A stretch of DNA of 64,000 bases from assembly GCA_963669175.1 (NCBI GenBank), contig OY769902.1, positions 4,505,081 through 4,569,080 on the forward strand, given 5' to 3'. The position numbers and the translations under genes are program-made. The DNA comes from a bacterium (lineage in GTDB: Bacteria > Electryoneota > Electryoneia > Electryoneales > Electryoneaceae). Positions 55,828 to 64,000 of the stretch are shown here, in pieces (position 1 is the stretch's first letter; each line of letters begins with the position of its first letter). Below the pieces are notes generated by a model. That model had not been told where the DNA came from. It did not search any database and worked only from the letters and a program-made list of their open reading frames with translations.

Positions 55828-58800
55828 ATGAACGATCCAGGCGGATCAAATTGGCACATTTGGGATCTTCATATTCACACGCCATTCTCAGCATTGAACA
55901 ATGGTTTCCCGAATGACTTCGATGAGTATGCCAAGCGTGTATTTGCTAAAGCTGTTGAAATGCAAATTGCTGCAGTTGGAATTACGGATTATTTTTGTAT
56001 AGAGGGCTATAAGAAAATCCGGGCGCTCCTTAACAACAAAGCTCGTTTAGAAGAGCTTTGTGGCAGTGGAATAGCTGAAGCCGTCCAAAATATCCTTTTT
56101 ATCCCAAACATTGAATTACGCGCTGATATAATAATCCAAGACGTTAGCGGTAAAGACAGCAGGGTTAATTTCCATGTATTGTTCTCCGATGAGATATCAC
56201 CAGAACAAATCGAGGAAAATTTCCTTAGAGAGATAAAGTTTACTAAGGAAGGTAACCCAAGTGGAGCCGACGAATCATGGTCACTTACGATAAGCAATTT
56301 AGAGATCCTAGGAAGAAGTTTGAAAAAACAGCATCTCCCCTTTGCAGAAAAACCGGATATAGAGATTGGCATGATGAATGCCGTAGTCAACCATAGTGAA
56401 GTCAGCAAAATCCTGGCTAATAAACCCTCAATCTTTGGGAGCCGATACCTCCTAGCAGTCGTTGCAGATGAAGACTTATCAAAATGTAGCTGGAACGGCC
56501 AAGGACATCTGACACGAAAAGTGATGATCCAGAAATCAGATATATTGTTCTCGTCCAATCCAAGTACTCGAGAATTTGGACTAGGTCTTAAACATCCGAC
56601 TATTGATGAGTTCAAAGCTGAGTTTAAAACCTTTAAGCCGTGTATTCACGGGTCAGATGCCCATGGCTTAAAGCATCTATTTATCCCTAGTGAACAGAGA
56701 TTCACTTGGATCAAGGCTGATCCGACATTTGCTGGGCTAAAACGCATCTTGAGGGAACCAGAATCTCGAGTTTTCATTGGTCAAGAACCACCCGCCATTG
56801 ACCAACAACGTAATAATAAGACACGTTATTGTGAGAAACTGTCATTTGAAAAACTTTCAAAATCCGCCTTTGATGAACTTTGGTTTTCCGGCGATATACC
56901 TTTAAATACTGGTTTGGTAGCTGTGATCGGGAACAAAGGTAGCGGCAAGAGTGCGCTGGCTGATTCTTTAGGATTGGTTGGTAATTCGCCAAGAGAGAAG
57001 CACTTCTCTTTTCTCAATCTCAACAAATTCCGCCGTCAGCGCGAACGCAAAGCTGAACACTTCAGAGCATCCCTACATTGGCTTTCCGGTGACATCAATT
57101 CGCGACTTCTATCTGAAACCGTTGATACGACCTCTGTAGAACGGATTAAGTATATTCCTCAAAACTACCTTGAAACGATCTGCAACGAGGTTGCAAGTGG
57201 TGAGGGTAGCGAATTTGACAAAGAACTAAAAAGTGTCATTTTCTCCCATGTCCCTGACCATGAACGACTTGATTGCCAATCATTTGATGATTTAATGGCT
57301 TTCAAGACAAACGAAACTAGTGAACGCATCAAGTTATTACAGAAAAGGTTACACAACATTAACGAGCGAATTGTAACTTTGAATGAAATGTTAACTGATG
57401 AATATCGGCAAAAACTTGAGCAACAATTAGAACATAAAAAACTTGAGCTTGACGCTCACAACGAAGTTAAACCGAAAGAGATCATTCCTCCAGATAAAGA
57501 TCCTGTTGTAGGAGACAAAAATGAGAAACTTGCAGCAGAGATTGAAAAGCTTCGTAGAGAAATTGAACAAATTGATTCGAATATCTTAGATATCAAATCC
57601 CAAAATAAGTATATGCTTCGTCGCAAAGCATTAGCTGAAAAACTGAAAGCTAAGCTCGAAAATCTTCAGCGCAGTTATAACGATTTTTCAGCAAGTTGTT
57701 CTGAATGTGAAGAATTGGGTTTACAACCTAAAGATGTCATCACATTCAAAGTTCATTTTGAAAAATTAGAGGATATCATATCAAGTGCTGTTCTCGAAAG
57801 TCGTAAATTCTCGAACATGCTTTTAGAGGACGTAGAGGGTACCCCAGTCAATGAAAAGAAACAAAAGCTTGCAAAGGTGAAAGAACTCCGCAATACCATG
57901 AGCGCTGCAGACCAACAATATCAGCAGTATCTAGAAGAACAAGCGAAATGGGAAGCTCGTAACAAAGAAATCATTGGTTCAACTGATACCCCCAAAAGTC
58001 TTGAATATACCAGAGCACAACTCAAAAAATTGCTTCTACTTCCAACCGAACTCTCCACAAAAAAAGAAGAGCGCATCGCGATTGTCCAAGCAATCTTCCA
58101 AGAAATCGACAATTTGGCAAGTAAATATGCCGCATTGTACAATCCAATTGAACAGGCAATAGCTGGAGATCCCCTGAAGGATCGGGGTCTAGAACTTGGT
58201 TTCAAGGTATCTATTGTCGCAAAGAGTTTCGAGGATCGTTTCTTTAATCTGATTCAGCAAGGTAGACGAGGAAGTTTCTGCGGTGTTGAAGAAGGACAGA
58301 AGCGACTTCGAAAAATGTTACGCGAAGCCGATTTCTCGACTACACAAGGCGTTGCGATCTTTATCAAGGAAATAGATGATGCTTTAACATATGACCTTCG
58401 CGATGATGAGCATCAGCTTGTACAGATCACAGATTTAGTAAAGAAAGGGATTGAACCTGTCAATGTTTACGATTTTGTCTTTGGTTTAGAATACCTCTTT
58501 CCTCGCTACGCGCTTACTTGGGGAAATCGTACTCTTGACCAGCTTTCACCAGGCGAACGCGGAGCCTTGCTTCTTGTATTTTATTTATTAGTAGACAAGG
58601 ACACTATCCCTTTGGTTATTGATCAACCGGAGGAAAATCTTGACAACGAATCCGTCTATCGAATGCTTGTACCTTGTATTAAAAAAGCGAAGGAGCGACG
58701 CCAAGTGATTATTGTAACACATAATCCGAATTTGGCAGTTGTCTGCGATGCAGATCAAATTATATACTGCGAAATGGACAAACCTGGAGGGAATCGAATA

Positions 58801-58920
58801 ACATATACAACGGGATCCATCGAAAATCCTGCTATCAACCGCCATATTGTTGATGTATTAGAAGGTACTCGTCCAGCATTTGATGTTCGCGATGCGAAGT
58901 ATAAACTTGTAGACTTTTAG
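55828..58920 (+). CDS. PHP-domain phosphoesterase fused to Rad50/SbcC/SMC-like ABC ATPase (1030 aa)
   Basis: PHP motifs WDLHIHTPFS, NIELRAD, NFHVLF, HGSDAHG. Walker A VIGNKGSGKSALADSLG. About 330-aa heptad-rich coiled-coil insert. ABC signature-like LSPGERG. Walker B LVIDQPEENLD. H-loop VIIVTHN. GGAGA RBS. Confidence 0.75.
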   Translation: MNDPGGSNWHIWDLHIHTPFSALNNGFPNDFDEYAKRVFAKAVEMQIAAVGITDYFCIEGYKKIRALLNNKARLEELCGSGIAEAVQNILFIPNIELRADIIIQDVSGKDSRVNFHVLFSDEISPEQIEENFLREIKFTKEGNPSGADESWSLTISNLEILGRSLKKQHLPFAEKPDIEIGMMNAVVNHSEVSKILANKPSIFGSRYLLAVVADEDLSKCSWNGQGHLTRKVMIQKSDILFSSNPSTREFGLGLKHPTIDEFKAEFKTFKPCIHGSDAHGLKHLFIPSEQRFTWIKADPTFAGLKRILREPESRVFIGQEPPAIDQQRNNKTRYCEKLSFEKLSKSAFDELWFSGDIPLNTGLVAVIGNKGSGKSALADSLGLVGNSPREKHFSFLNLNKFRRQRERKAEHFRASLHWLSGDINSRLLSETVDTTSVERIKYIPQNYLETICNEVASGEGSEFDKELKSVIFSHVPDHERLDCQSFDDLMAFKTNETSERIKLLQKRLHNINERIVTLNEMLTDEYRQKLEQQLEHKKLELDAHNEVKPKEIIPPDKDPVVGDKNEKLAAEIEKLRREIEQIDSNILDIKSQNKYMLRRKALAEKLKAKLENLQRSYNDFSASCSECEELGLQPKDVITFKVHFEKLEDIISSAVLESRKFSNMLLEDVEGTPVNEKKQKLAKVKELRNTMSAADQQYQQYLEEQAKWEARNKEIIGSTDTPKSLEYTRAQLKKLLLLPTELSTKKEERIAIVQAIFQEIDNLASKYAALYNPIEQAIAGDPLKDRGLELGFKVSIVAKSFEDRFFNLIQQGRRGSFCGVEEGQKRLRKMLREADFSTTQGVAIFIKEIDDALTYDLRDDEHQLVQITDLVKKGIEPVNVYDFVFGLEYLFPRYALTWGNRTLDQLSPGERGALLLVFYLLVDKDTIPLVIDQPEENLDNESVYRMLVPCIKKAKERRQVIIVTHNPNLAVVCDADQIIYCEMDKPGGNRITYTTGSIENPAINRHIVDVLEGTRPAFDVRDAKYKLVDF

Positions 58921-58998
58921 GATAGTTTAAAATATTCATGCTTTTACTTGCATGGCAGTTGTATAATACGTACTTGTATTATCATGTGTAATAACTTG

Positions 58999-59844
58999 TT
59001 AATTTAGAAAAATATCTGTAATCAAGGTACATCGGCAATTCGGATGCGCTGGAATAGGTGGCAATTGATTTAAAATATACTCCTGTCCATTCAACGGACC
59101 GCAAACAGGACAAACTCGTTCGTCCAAGGCCGTATACCACACAACTTCCTCAACTTTCATGTCTTTGTATAGATGTATCCTGCCTTGGTTATAAGATCGC
59201 ATGACTTCTGTCCGTGTAATAACTTCAATCCTATTCTGAGCCGTCTTAAACACCTTCTTCCCCGCGAAGCGAAATTTATCCTTTTCTGATGGTTTGATTA
59301 CATCCCCAATATCCAGTGCGATTTGACCTATATCCCGACCAGAAAGAATACCCGCCTGCAGGTTGAGCTTGATGTCATCCAGCAATCGATCTGACACCGT
59401 TCCCAATAGCTTGATGTTACACAGAGCCAGGTTTTCCAGTGCTCGACCATCAATCGTATCAAACGCTTTATCAATTATCGCCTGCCAGGCTTCAGTTTCC
59501 TTCAATCCCATCACCCCGCTGTCCCTAAGCTCAAACACTCCCCGTTCGATTCCCAGTCTAAAAGCGTCTTTTGTCATTGGACGGGCAAGTGAAGTTGTAG
59601 ACTTCTTCAGCTCCTTCATGACTGACTCAATCCGGTCGAGGATAGATTCAAGACGTCGCTTCCAGAGGGCAGATCCGGGTGCGACACTTTTCATTTCCGC
59701 CACACGTAAAAGTTCACTCCGAACCTGGGTTGCGGCCTGTTCGAGTGATTTCAGAAGAAGCGTTTCCTGTTCTGCGGTGTACTGCTGAGCTGCCTTCAGG
59801 GAGATGTTCAGCTCAACTTCCAGCCGAGGATCGATAGTTGCCAT
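58999..59844 (-). CDS. phage head-morphogenesis protein (Mu gpF / SPP1 gp7 family)
   Basis: C-terminal CPVCGPLNGQ...HPNCRCT block and conserved central region. Adjacent to the portal gene. Confidence 0.7.
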   Translation of the reverse strand: MATIDPRLEVELNISLKAAQQYTAEQETLLLKSLEQAATQVRSELLRVAEMKSVAPGSALWKRRLESILDRIESVMKELKKSTTSLARPMTKDAFRLGIERGVFELRDSGVMGLKETEAWQAIIDKAFDTIDGRALENLALCNIKLLGTVSDRLLDDIKLNLQAGILSGRDIGQIALDIGDVIKPSEKDKFRFAGKKVFKTAQNRIEVITRTEVMRSYNQGRIHLYKDMKVEEVVWYTALDERVCPVCGPLNGQEYILNQLPPIPAHPNCRCTLITDIFLN

Positions 59845-59847
59845 GAA

Positions 59848-61308
59848 TCAATGATCCTCAGAGTGTGTCTGCTGGAATTGAATATCTCGATTCACTTCAT
59901 CATATAATGCTTCAACATCCGCATCAGATTGCGGGTTATCAGTCTTGTCGTTCTGCGATTCATCCTTCGCCAAGCCCAGATATTTCCGTGCCTCATCTCG
60001 AGTGAGTACATCCTGCAGGGTTAGACTGGCGATGATCTCCGGTTTAAGCAGCCTGGACATACGCGATTCTTCGCCATTGTAGTTTTCATCTTCCACTGAA
60101 GGCTGCAATCCAAGCCTGGATTGAAGGGTTGCCCTGCTGACCAGACCGCGATCATACAGCTCCATGTACATCTTCCGACGATCCTGTTCTTCAGCCAAGT
60201 CGAGATCATCAAACTGATAGGTGATTTCAGCATCATCATTTCCTTGCATTTCCAGCCAGTCCAGATAGACCCAGTCGAGGATCTCCCTAACAATCCTCTT
60301 AATCTCAGACAGCATGATGATGATCTTTTTAAACCCGACCGAAGCTGTTGCGAAATTCGGTCCCTCACCTGTGACAAGACTTTTCACAAATCCCAAGGCC
60401 ACGATGATATCGCTTTTTACTTCCTTGACTTTCTCTTCGGTTCGAAGGACTTCACCCTCAGTGCCGTAGGTTTTCACATCCACGTAATAGGGAACGACTA
60501 CACCTTGCTTCGGGTCCATCTCGTCCAGGATATCACGAATCTTCTCGATCATCTCCTGCTTGGGTGTGATGATCTTGTCACCGAACTTACCGCCAACAGA
60601 GATGAAACGGAGTGGAGTTGTCCAGCGTTGGGCAATTGCCTTTTCTGCGTTCCGGTAGTGGCGCATGAGCTGGATGGATTCAAAGGCAGGCTGAACAATG
60701 GAAACGCCATGCAAGTTGAAATCCGGACTGTCCCATTTCGCCCGGAAGAACTGTTCCGGTTCAAGGCTGATTTCTTTTCCCATGCCAGCAGCAGCCTGGT
60801 CGTCTTTCTTCACTTTCTGCTTGATTTCATCGATCTCACCCGTTTCATCATCAAGCTTGTAAGTCAGGCCAATAGGATTTAGACATGTAATCCGTTCGTA
60901 GTCCTTGAAACCGTCACCTGATTTCTTACCACCATACTGCTTATAGGCAGCGCACTCGCCCTTAACTAACAGTTGCAAAACCATGTCACGGATGAGCTTG
61001 TCCATCCCAAGGCGACGGTGGAGTGCTCGAGCCTTCTTTTGCGTATCTGCAGCATCCACGAGCGGGATGATCTGCTCCCCAACTGCAAACACACGCCAGG
61101 CATTGACCGCGTTGTTCACAATCGGTTCGCTGGTGAAATAGTACCAGGCAAGCTGTGCCATTTCTTCCCATTTCTCGGGTACACCTTCAACCGTGTCCAA
61201 ACCATCTGTTGCACCACCCATACGATTCAAGGCAGCGCCATGGGCAACATCAAATCCAGAAGAAACAGGGTTGCGTCTCTGCAACCCCAGTGCTGAAAGC
61301 AGGGTCAT
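59848..61308 (-). CDS. phage portal protein (probable)
   Basis: 486 aa, between the terminase large subunit and the Mu-F-like gene. Acidic C-terminus. 3-bp gap to the downstream gene. Confidence 0.5.
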   Translation of the reverse strand: MTLLSALGLQRRNPVSSGFDVAHGAALNRMGGATDGLDTVEGVPEKWEEMAQLAWYYFTSEPIVNNAVNAWRVFAVGEQIIPLVDAADTQKKARALHRRLGMDKLIRDMVLQLLVKGECAAYKQYGGKKSGDGFKDYERITCLNPIGLTYKLDDETGEIDEIKQKVKKDDQAAAGMGKEISLEPEQFFRAKWDSPDFNLHGVSIVQPAFESIQLMRHYRNAEKAIAQRWTTPLRFISVGGKFGDKIITPKQEMIEKIRDILDEMDPKQGVVVPYYVDVKTYGTEGEVLRTEEKVKEVKSDIIVALGFVKSLVTGEGPNFATASVGFKKIIIMLSEIKRIVREILDWVYLDWLEMQGNDDAEITYQFDDLDLAEEQDRRKMYMELYDRGLVSRATLQSRLGLQPSVEDENYNGEESRMSRLLKPEIIASLTLQDVLTRDEARKYLGLAKDESQNDKTDNPQSDADVEALYDEVNRDIQFQQTHSEDH

Positions 61309-61327
61309 TCTTTACTCCAGTATCTGG

Positions 61328-61534
61328 CTATTCCTCGCCGGTCAGGAAACTGACAATCTCTCCAAGAAGGTCTTCAACATGGCCGAGGTCACCCACATGC
61401 GCGAAGGTGATCGGTTCATCCTGGCCGTGTTTCTTGAGTTCCGTTTGCATCTTCCCGATCAGTGATTGAATCTTTGCCTGTTTTTCGTTGTAATCTTTCT
61501 TGGCTTTCGCTTTTCTTTCTTGCTGTGTCATCAT
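61328..61534 (-). CDS. small phage protein (68 aa, Lys-rich)
   Basis: ORF between terminase and portal genes. Confidence 0.3.
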   Translation of the reverse strand: MMTQQERKAKAKKDYNEKQAKIQSLIGKMQTELKKHGQDEPITFAHVGDLGHVEDLLGEIVSFLTGEE

Positions 61535-61642
61535 CGCCTCCTTGTAAGGTGTTGTTTCTGCTGTGCTTCTGCACTAATCAGCGATGAATTGTATGCGATT
61601 ATCAAGTCCTTGTGCTGGCTTCTGAAGGCACTCAAACCCTTA

Positions 61643-63262
61643 TCAGAACTTGAAAATCGGTTTTGTCGTTACGGGCATGATAGCGATCTCTTCCACATTG
61701 GTCTCGATCTCCTTCATCTCATCCAGTTCCACTGCCAGAACAGCACACCTGACCGCATCGATGATGTGATCACGCCCTTTGGAATAGATCACCTTCCCGT
61801 TGGTCATCGTGTATGTCTGGGTGGTGAACTGATCTTCGATTTCCAGATCGCTGTCAGGAAAGCTGATCAGCTTTCTTGCCAGACGACCGTTGATCAGACT
61901 GGTCATCAACTCCTTGGTACGCTTCTTGATCTGCTTGCCAGAAGTGTTGAACCCAATGGTGGTCGACGAACCGAAGTCGAAGGCCTGCAACCTGTCCCCG
62001 AAATTGTGATCCGCGAACTTGTCGAGGCGTTTCAGGTCCTGTTCGACTGCCAAACCATTCCCGCCCTTGTCAATCCCGATCCAGGTGAACTCGAAGTAGT
62101 TGTCCAAGACAGCAACCGCTTCAGCGATATAAGGGTAGGCAACATGTTCGAGGTGAACACGCAGCACTGCGTTCAGCAAACCTTCATCATCCCGTTCAAA
62201 CACCACCAGTTCGCATGGATCTGACGTATATCCAAGGTCGCCCCCCAGCACGTACTCACCTGGCTGGGGTGTCAATCCCAGCAACAAGTCAAACCGTGTA
62301 CGGACTTCATCATCACCATCACAGTCCAGCATCTCCTCACCGGTGATCACCACCTTGCGGTAAGCATGGATTACTTTCTGGTTGGCATGGAAAGCCTCGA
62401 CATTGAATGCTGCATAAGAAGGACTGCCGTGTTCGCCAAGAATCTCATGCTGGTATCCTGAAGTATCACGGCCACCGTAAAACTCGACCAGTTCTTCTTC
62501 ACGCTCCTTTGTCCAGTTAGGATGAAGCATTGAAGGCCAGCGCACGACAAACCAGCGTCCGGTCTTATCCTGGGTCAGTCTGTAGTAGGTTGAATCCCTA
62601 AGTCCATTGGGATTGGAGTAAATTCGCATCGTGCCATTGGCGTTCAAGCATCGACGCAATGCTTTCCAGGCTCGCTCAGTCAACCATGCACCCTCATCGA
62701 CCCAGATCCGATTTACGTGAAGCGATCTTAGCGACTGCCCCTTGTCACCAGCTGGCCGGAAGTGAACCAGCGTCCCACCAGCGAATCGGATCTGGTAATA
62801 GGGCTTTCGTTTGATATCCAGGTGACCAAGACGATTCCTGGCGATACTAGCTTCCAGATCTGCATTGCTGAATATCTGATGTTCCACTTCCTCAATGATG
62901 GTTTCCAGATGTCCCTGATGTGGAGTGACAACCAGCCCGCTGTCATGTGGTGTTGTGAATCCGAAGTGCAAAACCAGGGTAGTTAGGACGATGGTCTTTC
63001 CGACCTCACGGCCATCCTGATGAATGATCTGAGGATGATCATTACGCAGATCCTCAACCTGATGCTCCCAGTATGCCCTGATCGTCCCGTCCTGGTTTGC
63101 CAGAAACTTCTCGCCCCATTGCACCGGGTCTTTCAGGATGCGATAAGCCTGGATCATCTCATCGGACAAATCGCTGGAAGCCTTATGATGATTAGCTTCA
63201 ACAGGCATATCTACCCCCTTGATAGTCCGTATAATCCATGCCATGTTGTATGCGAAAACCAT
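61643..63262 (-). CDS. phage terminase large subunit
   Basis: Walker A-like HQDGREVGKT. Terminase ATPase/nuclease architecture. Position before portal. Confidence 0.75.
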   Translation of the reverse strand: MVFAYNMAWIIRTIKGVDMPVEANHHKASSDLSDEMIQAYRILKDPVQWGEKFLANQDGTIRAYWEHQVEDLRNDHPQIIHQDGREVGKTIVLTTLVLHFGFTTPHDSGLVVTPHQGHLETIIEEVEHQIFSNADLEASIARNRLGHLDIKRKPYYQIRFAGGTLVHFRPAGDKGQSLRSLHVNRIWVDEGAWLTERAWKALRRCLNANGTMRIYSNPNGLRDSTYYRLTQDKTGRWFVVRWPSMLHPNWTKEREEELVEFYGGRDTSGYQHEILGEHGSPSYAAFNVEAFHANQKVIHAYRKVVITGEEMLDCDGDDEVRTRFDLLLGLTPQPGEYVLGGDLGYTSDPCELVVFERDDEGLLNAVLRVHLEHVAYPYIAEAVAVLDNYFEFTWIGIDKGGNGLAVEQDLKRLDKFADHNFGDRLQAFDFGSSTTIGFNTSGKQIKKRTKELMTSLINGRLARKLISFPDSDLEIEDQFTTQTYTMTNGKVIYSKGRDHIIDAVRCAVLAVELDEMKEIETNVEEIAIMPVTTKPIFKF

Positions 63263-63280
63263 CTAAAACAGGGAGAAGGC

Positions 63281-64000
63281 CATGACTTGGGAAGAAGCAT
63301 TTGCTGGATTCGAGACACATATGCAGGCTGCAGGAAAGTCGCAGCATACGATTTCCGCATTCCTGACTGACCTTGGCAAACTTGAAAAAGCTGTCCAGGC
63401 AGATCCAGCCTCGATCACCGCTACAGATCTGGATCAATTCCTGGTTGCTATGAAGACCAAACCCGACGGATCGGACCGGAGTCCAAACAGCATGAACCGC
63501 CTGAAAACCGCTATTCGTTCTTTCTTCAACTGGCTTCGTCAGGCTGGCATGATTGAATCGAACCCTGCTACCGGTATCAAAACCAGCAACGTTTCCCAGA
63601 AACCGCCCGTTTACCTCACCGAAGAGGAAGAGAAGAATCTGCTTCGCTGTCTTCGGTACAATCGCACCAGAAAGCATGCACTCCGTGACAATGCCATCAT
63701 CCATCTGATGCTGGACTCCGGTATTCGCGTTGCAGAACTGGTTGGACTTGATCTCACAGACATCGATGGCAAACACCTGAGGGTCCGCCTCGCCAAGGGT
63801 GGCAGTCCAGTCGTTAAGTTCCTGCCAGCTAGAACACGCAAAGCCATCGGCACCTATATACAGAAGGAACGTCCTCAGTTTGAAAAGCAAGACAGCACAA
63901 AAGCCCTGTTCATCAACCAGCAAGGAACCAGACTGCAATCTCGAGCCGTCCAGGTATTGGTTCCAGCATGGATCAAACTTGCAGGAATCACCAAATCGGT
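63281..64000 (+). CDS. tyrosine recombinase/integrase (N-terminal SAM-like domain and start of catalytic domain; runs off window end)
   Basis: ATG at 63281 after GGAGAAGG. XerC/D-like N-terminus (TISAFLTDL...NRLKTAIRSFFNWL) and start of catalytic domain (RDNAIIHLMLDSGIRVAEL...RLAKGG). No stop before nt 64000. Confidence 0.75.

Noticed and set aside
58921-58998. Hairpin CATGCTTTTACTTGCATG after the PHP-ATPase stop as an intrinsic terminator
   Set aside because: 5-bp stem with an 8-nt loop and no downstream T-run. Too weak to call.
63198-63938. 246-aa minus-strand ORF
   Set aside because: Antisense to the integrase reading frame, which has a clear XerC/D-like N-terminus and start of catalytic domain, an RBS and a proper ATG. 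No motifs.

Overview
This 64-kb window is an accessory-rich chromosomal segment. By content (sigma-54 regulators, Fe-S flavoproteins, a T9SS-type C-terminal sorting domain) it probably comes from an anaerobic, FCB-related or candidate-phylum bacterium. GC is about 48-50 %, except a roughly 62 % GC island at 50.85-52.45 kb.

Main blocks:
1. 0-3.2 kb: a SEC-C-motif protein tail plus three unrecognisable proteins.
2. 3.5-13.2 kb: a lipid-modification regulon. It has a Delta9 acyl desaturase and then, on the minus strand, a nine-gene tightly coupled operon. The operon encodes a small protein, DUF2878, a START-like periplasmic protein, DUF1295, a Blc lipocalin, a FAD amine-oxidase-like protein, DUF1365 and two CFA-synthase-type methyltransferases. 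It is driven by a textbook sigma-54 promoter with a divergent-side PAS/AAA+ enhancer-binding protein. This matches the UfaD/UfaO/UfaM-type furan / methyl-branched fatty-acid pathway.
3. 15.9-28.3 kb: a second sigma-54-controlled operon: Cys-rich protein, NuoE-like, NuoF-GltD fusion, 2Fe-2S/4Fe-4S protein, GltB FMN-domain protein and a PEP-utilising-like protein. A sigma-54 response regulator and a GAF histidine kinase sit upstream.
4. 29.5-39.2 kb: AlaDH/PNT-like plus B12-radical-SAM pair, GGDEF, an ice-binding-like T9SS substrate, OmpA, SPFH and TetR.
5. 42.0-50.8 kb: a 2949-aa cyclic beta-1,2-glucan synthase (Cgs/NdvB-type).
6. 50.9-52.4 kb: an IS3-family transposase remnant and a high-GC pfkB kinase island.
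7. 55.5-58.9 kb: a GIY-YIG-like small gene followed by a 1030-aa PHP-phosphoesterase / Rad50/SbcC-like ABC-ATPase fusion. This is a candidate nuclease/defence module (Ppl-like, as far as I recall that system). An intact IS4 element lies on one side and a phage head-morphogenesis remnant (Mu-F-like, portal, large terminase, tyrosine integrase) on the other.

Mobile DNA is abundant. There are two diverged copies of an rve/IS481-like IS, both split by a frameshift at the same lysine-codon tract (an A9 run in copy 2). The same IS family left at least two MITE-like derivatives and several solo terminal copies sharing the end TGTCCCTCGTCAAAAT. A tandem pair of roughly 395-bp MITEs carries Tn5-like mosaic ends (CTGTCTCTTACCCACATC). 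The IS4 insertion truncates two genes. No rRNA, tRNA or CRISPR array was recognised by eye.
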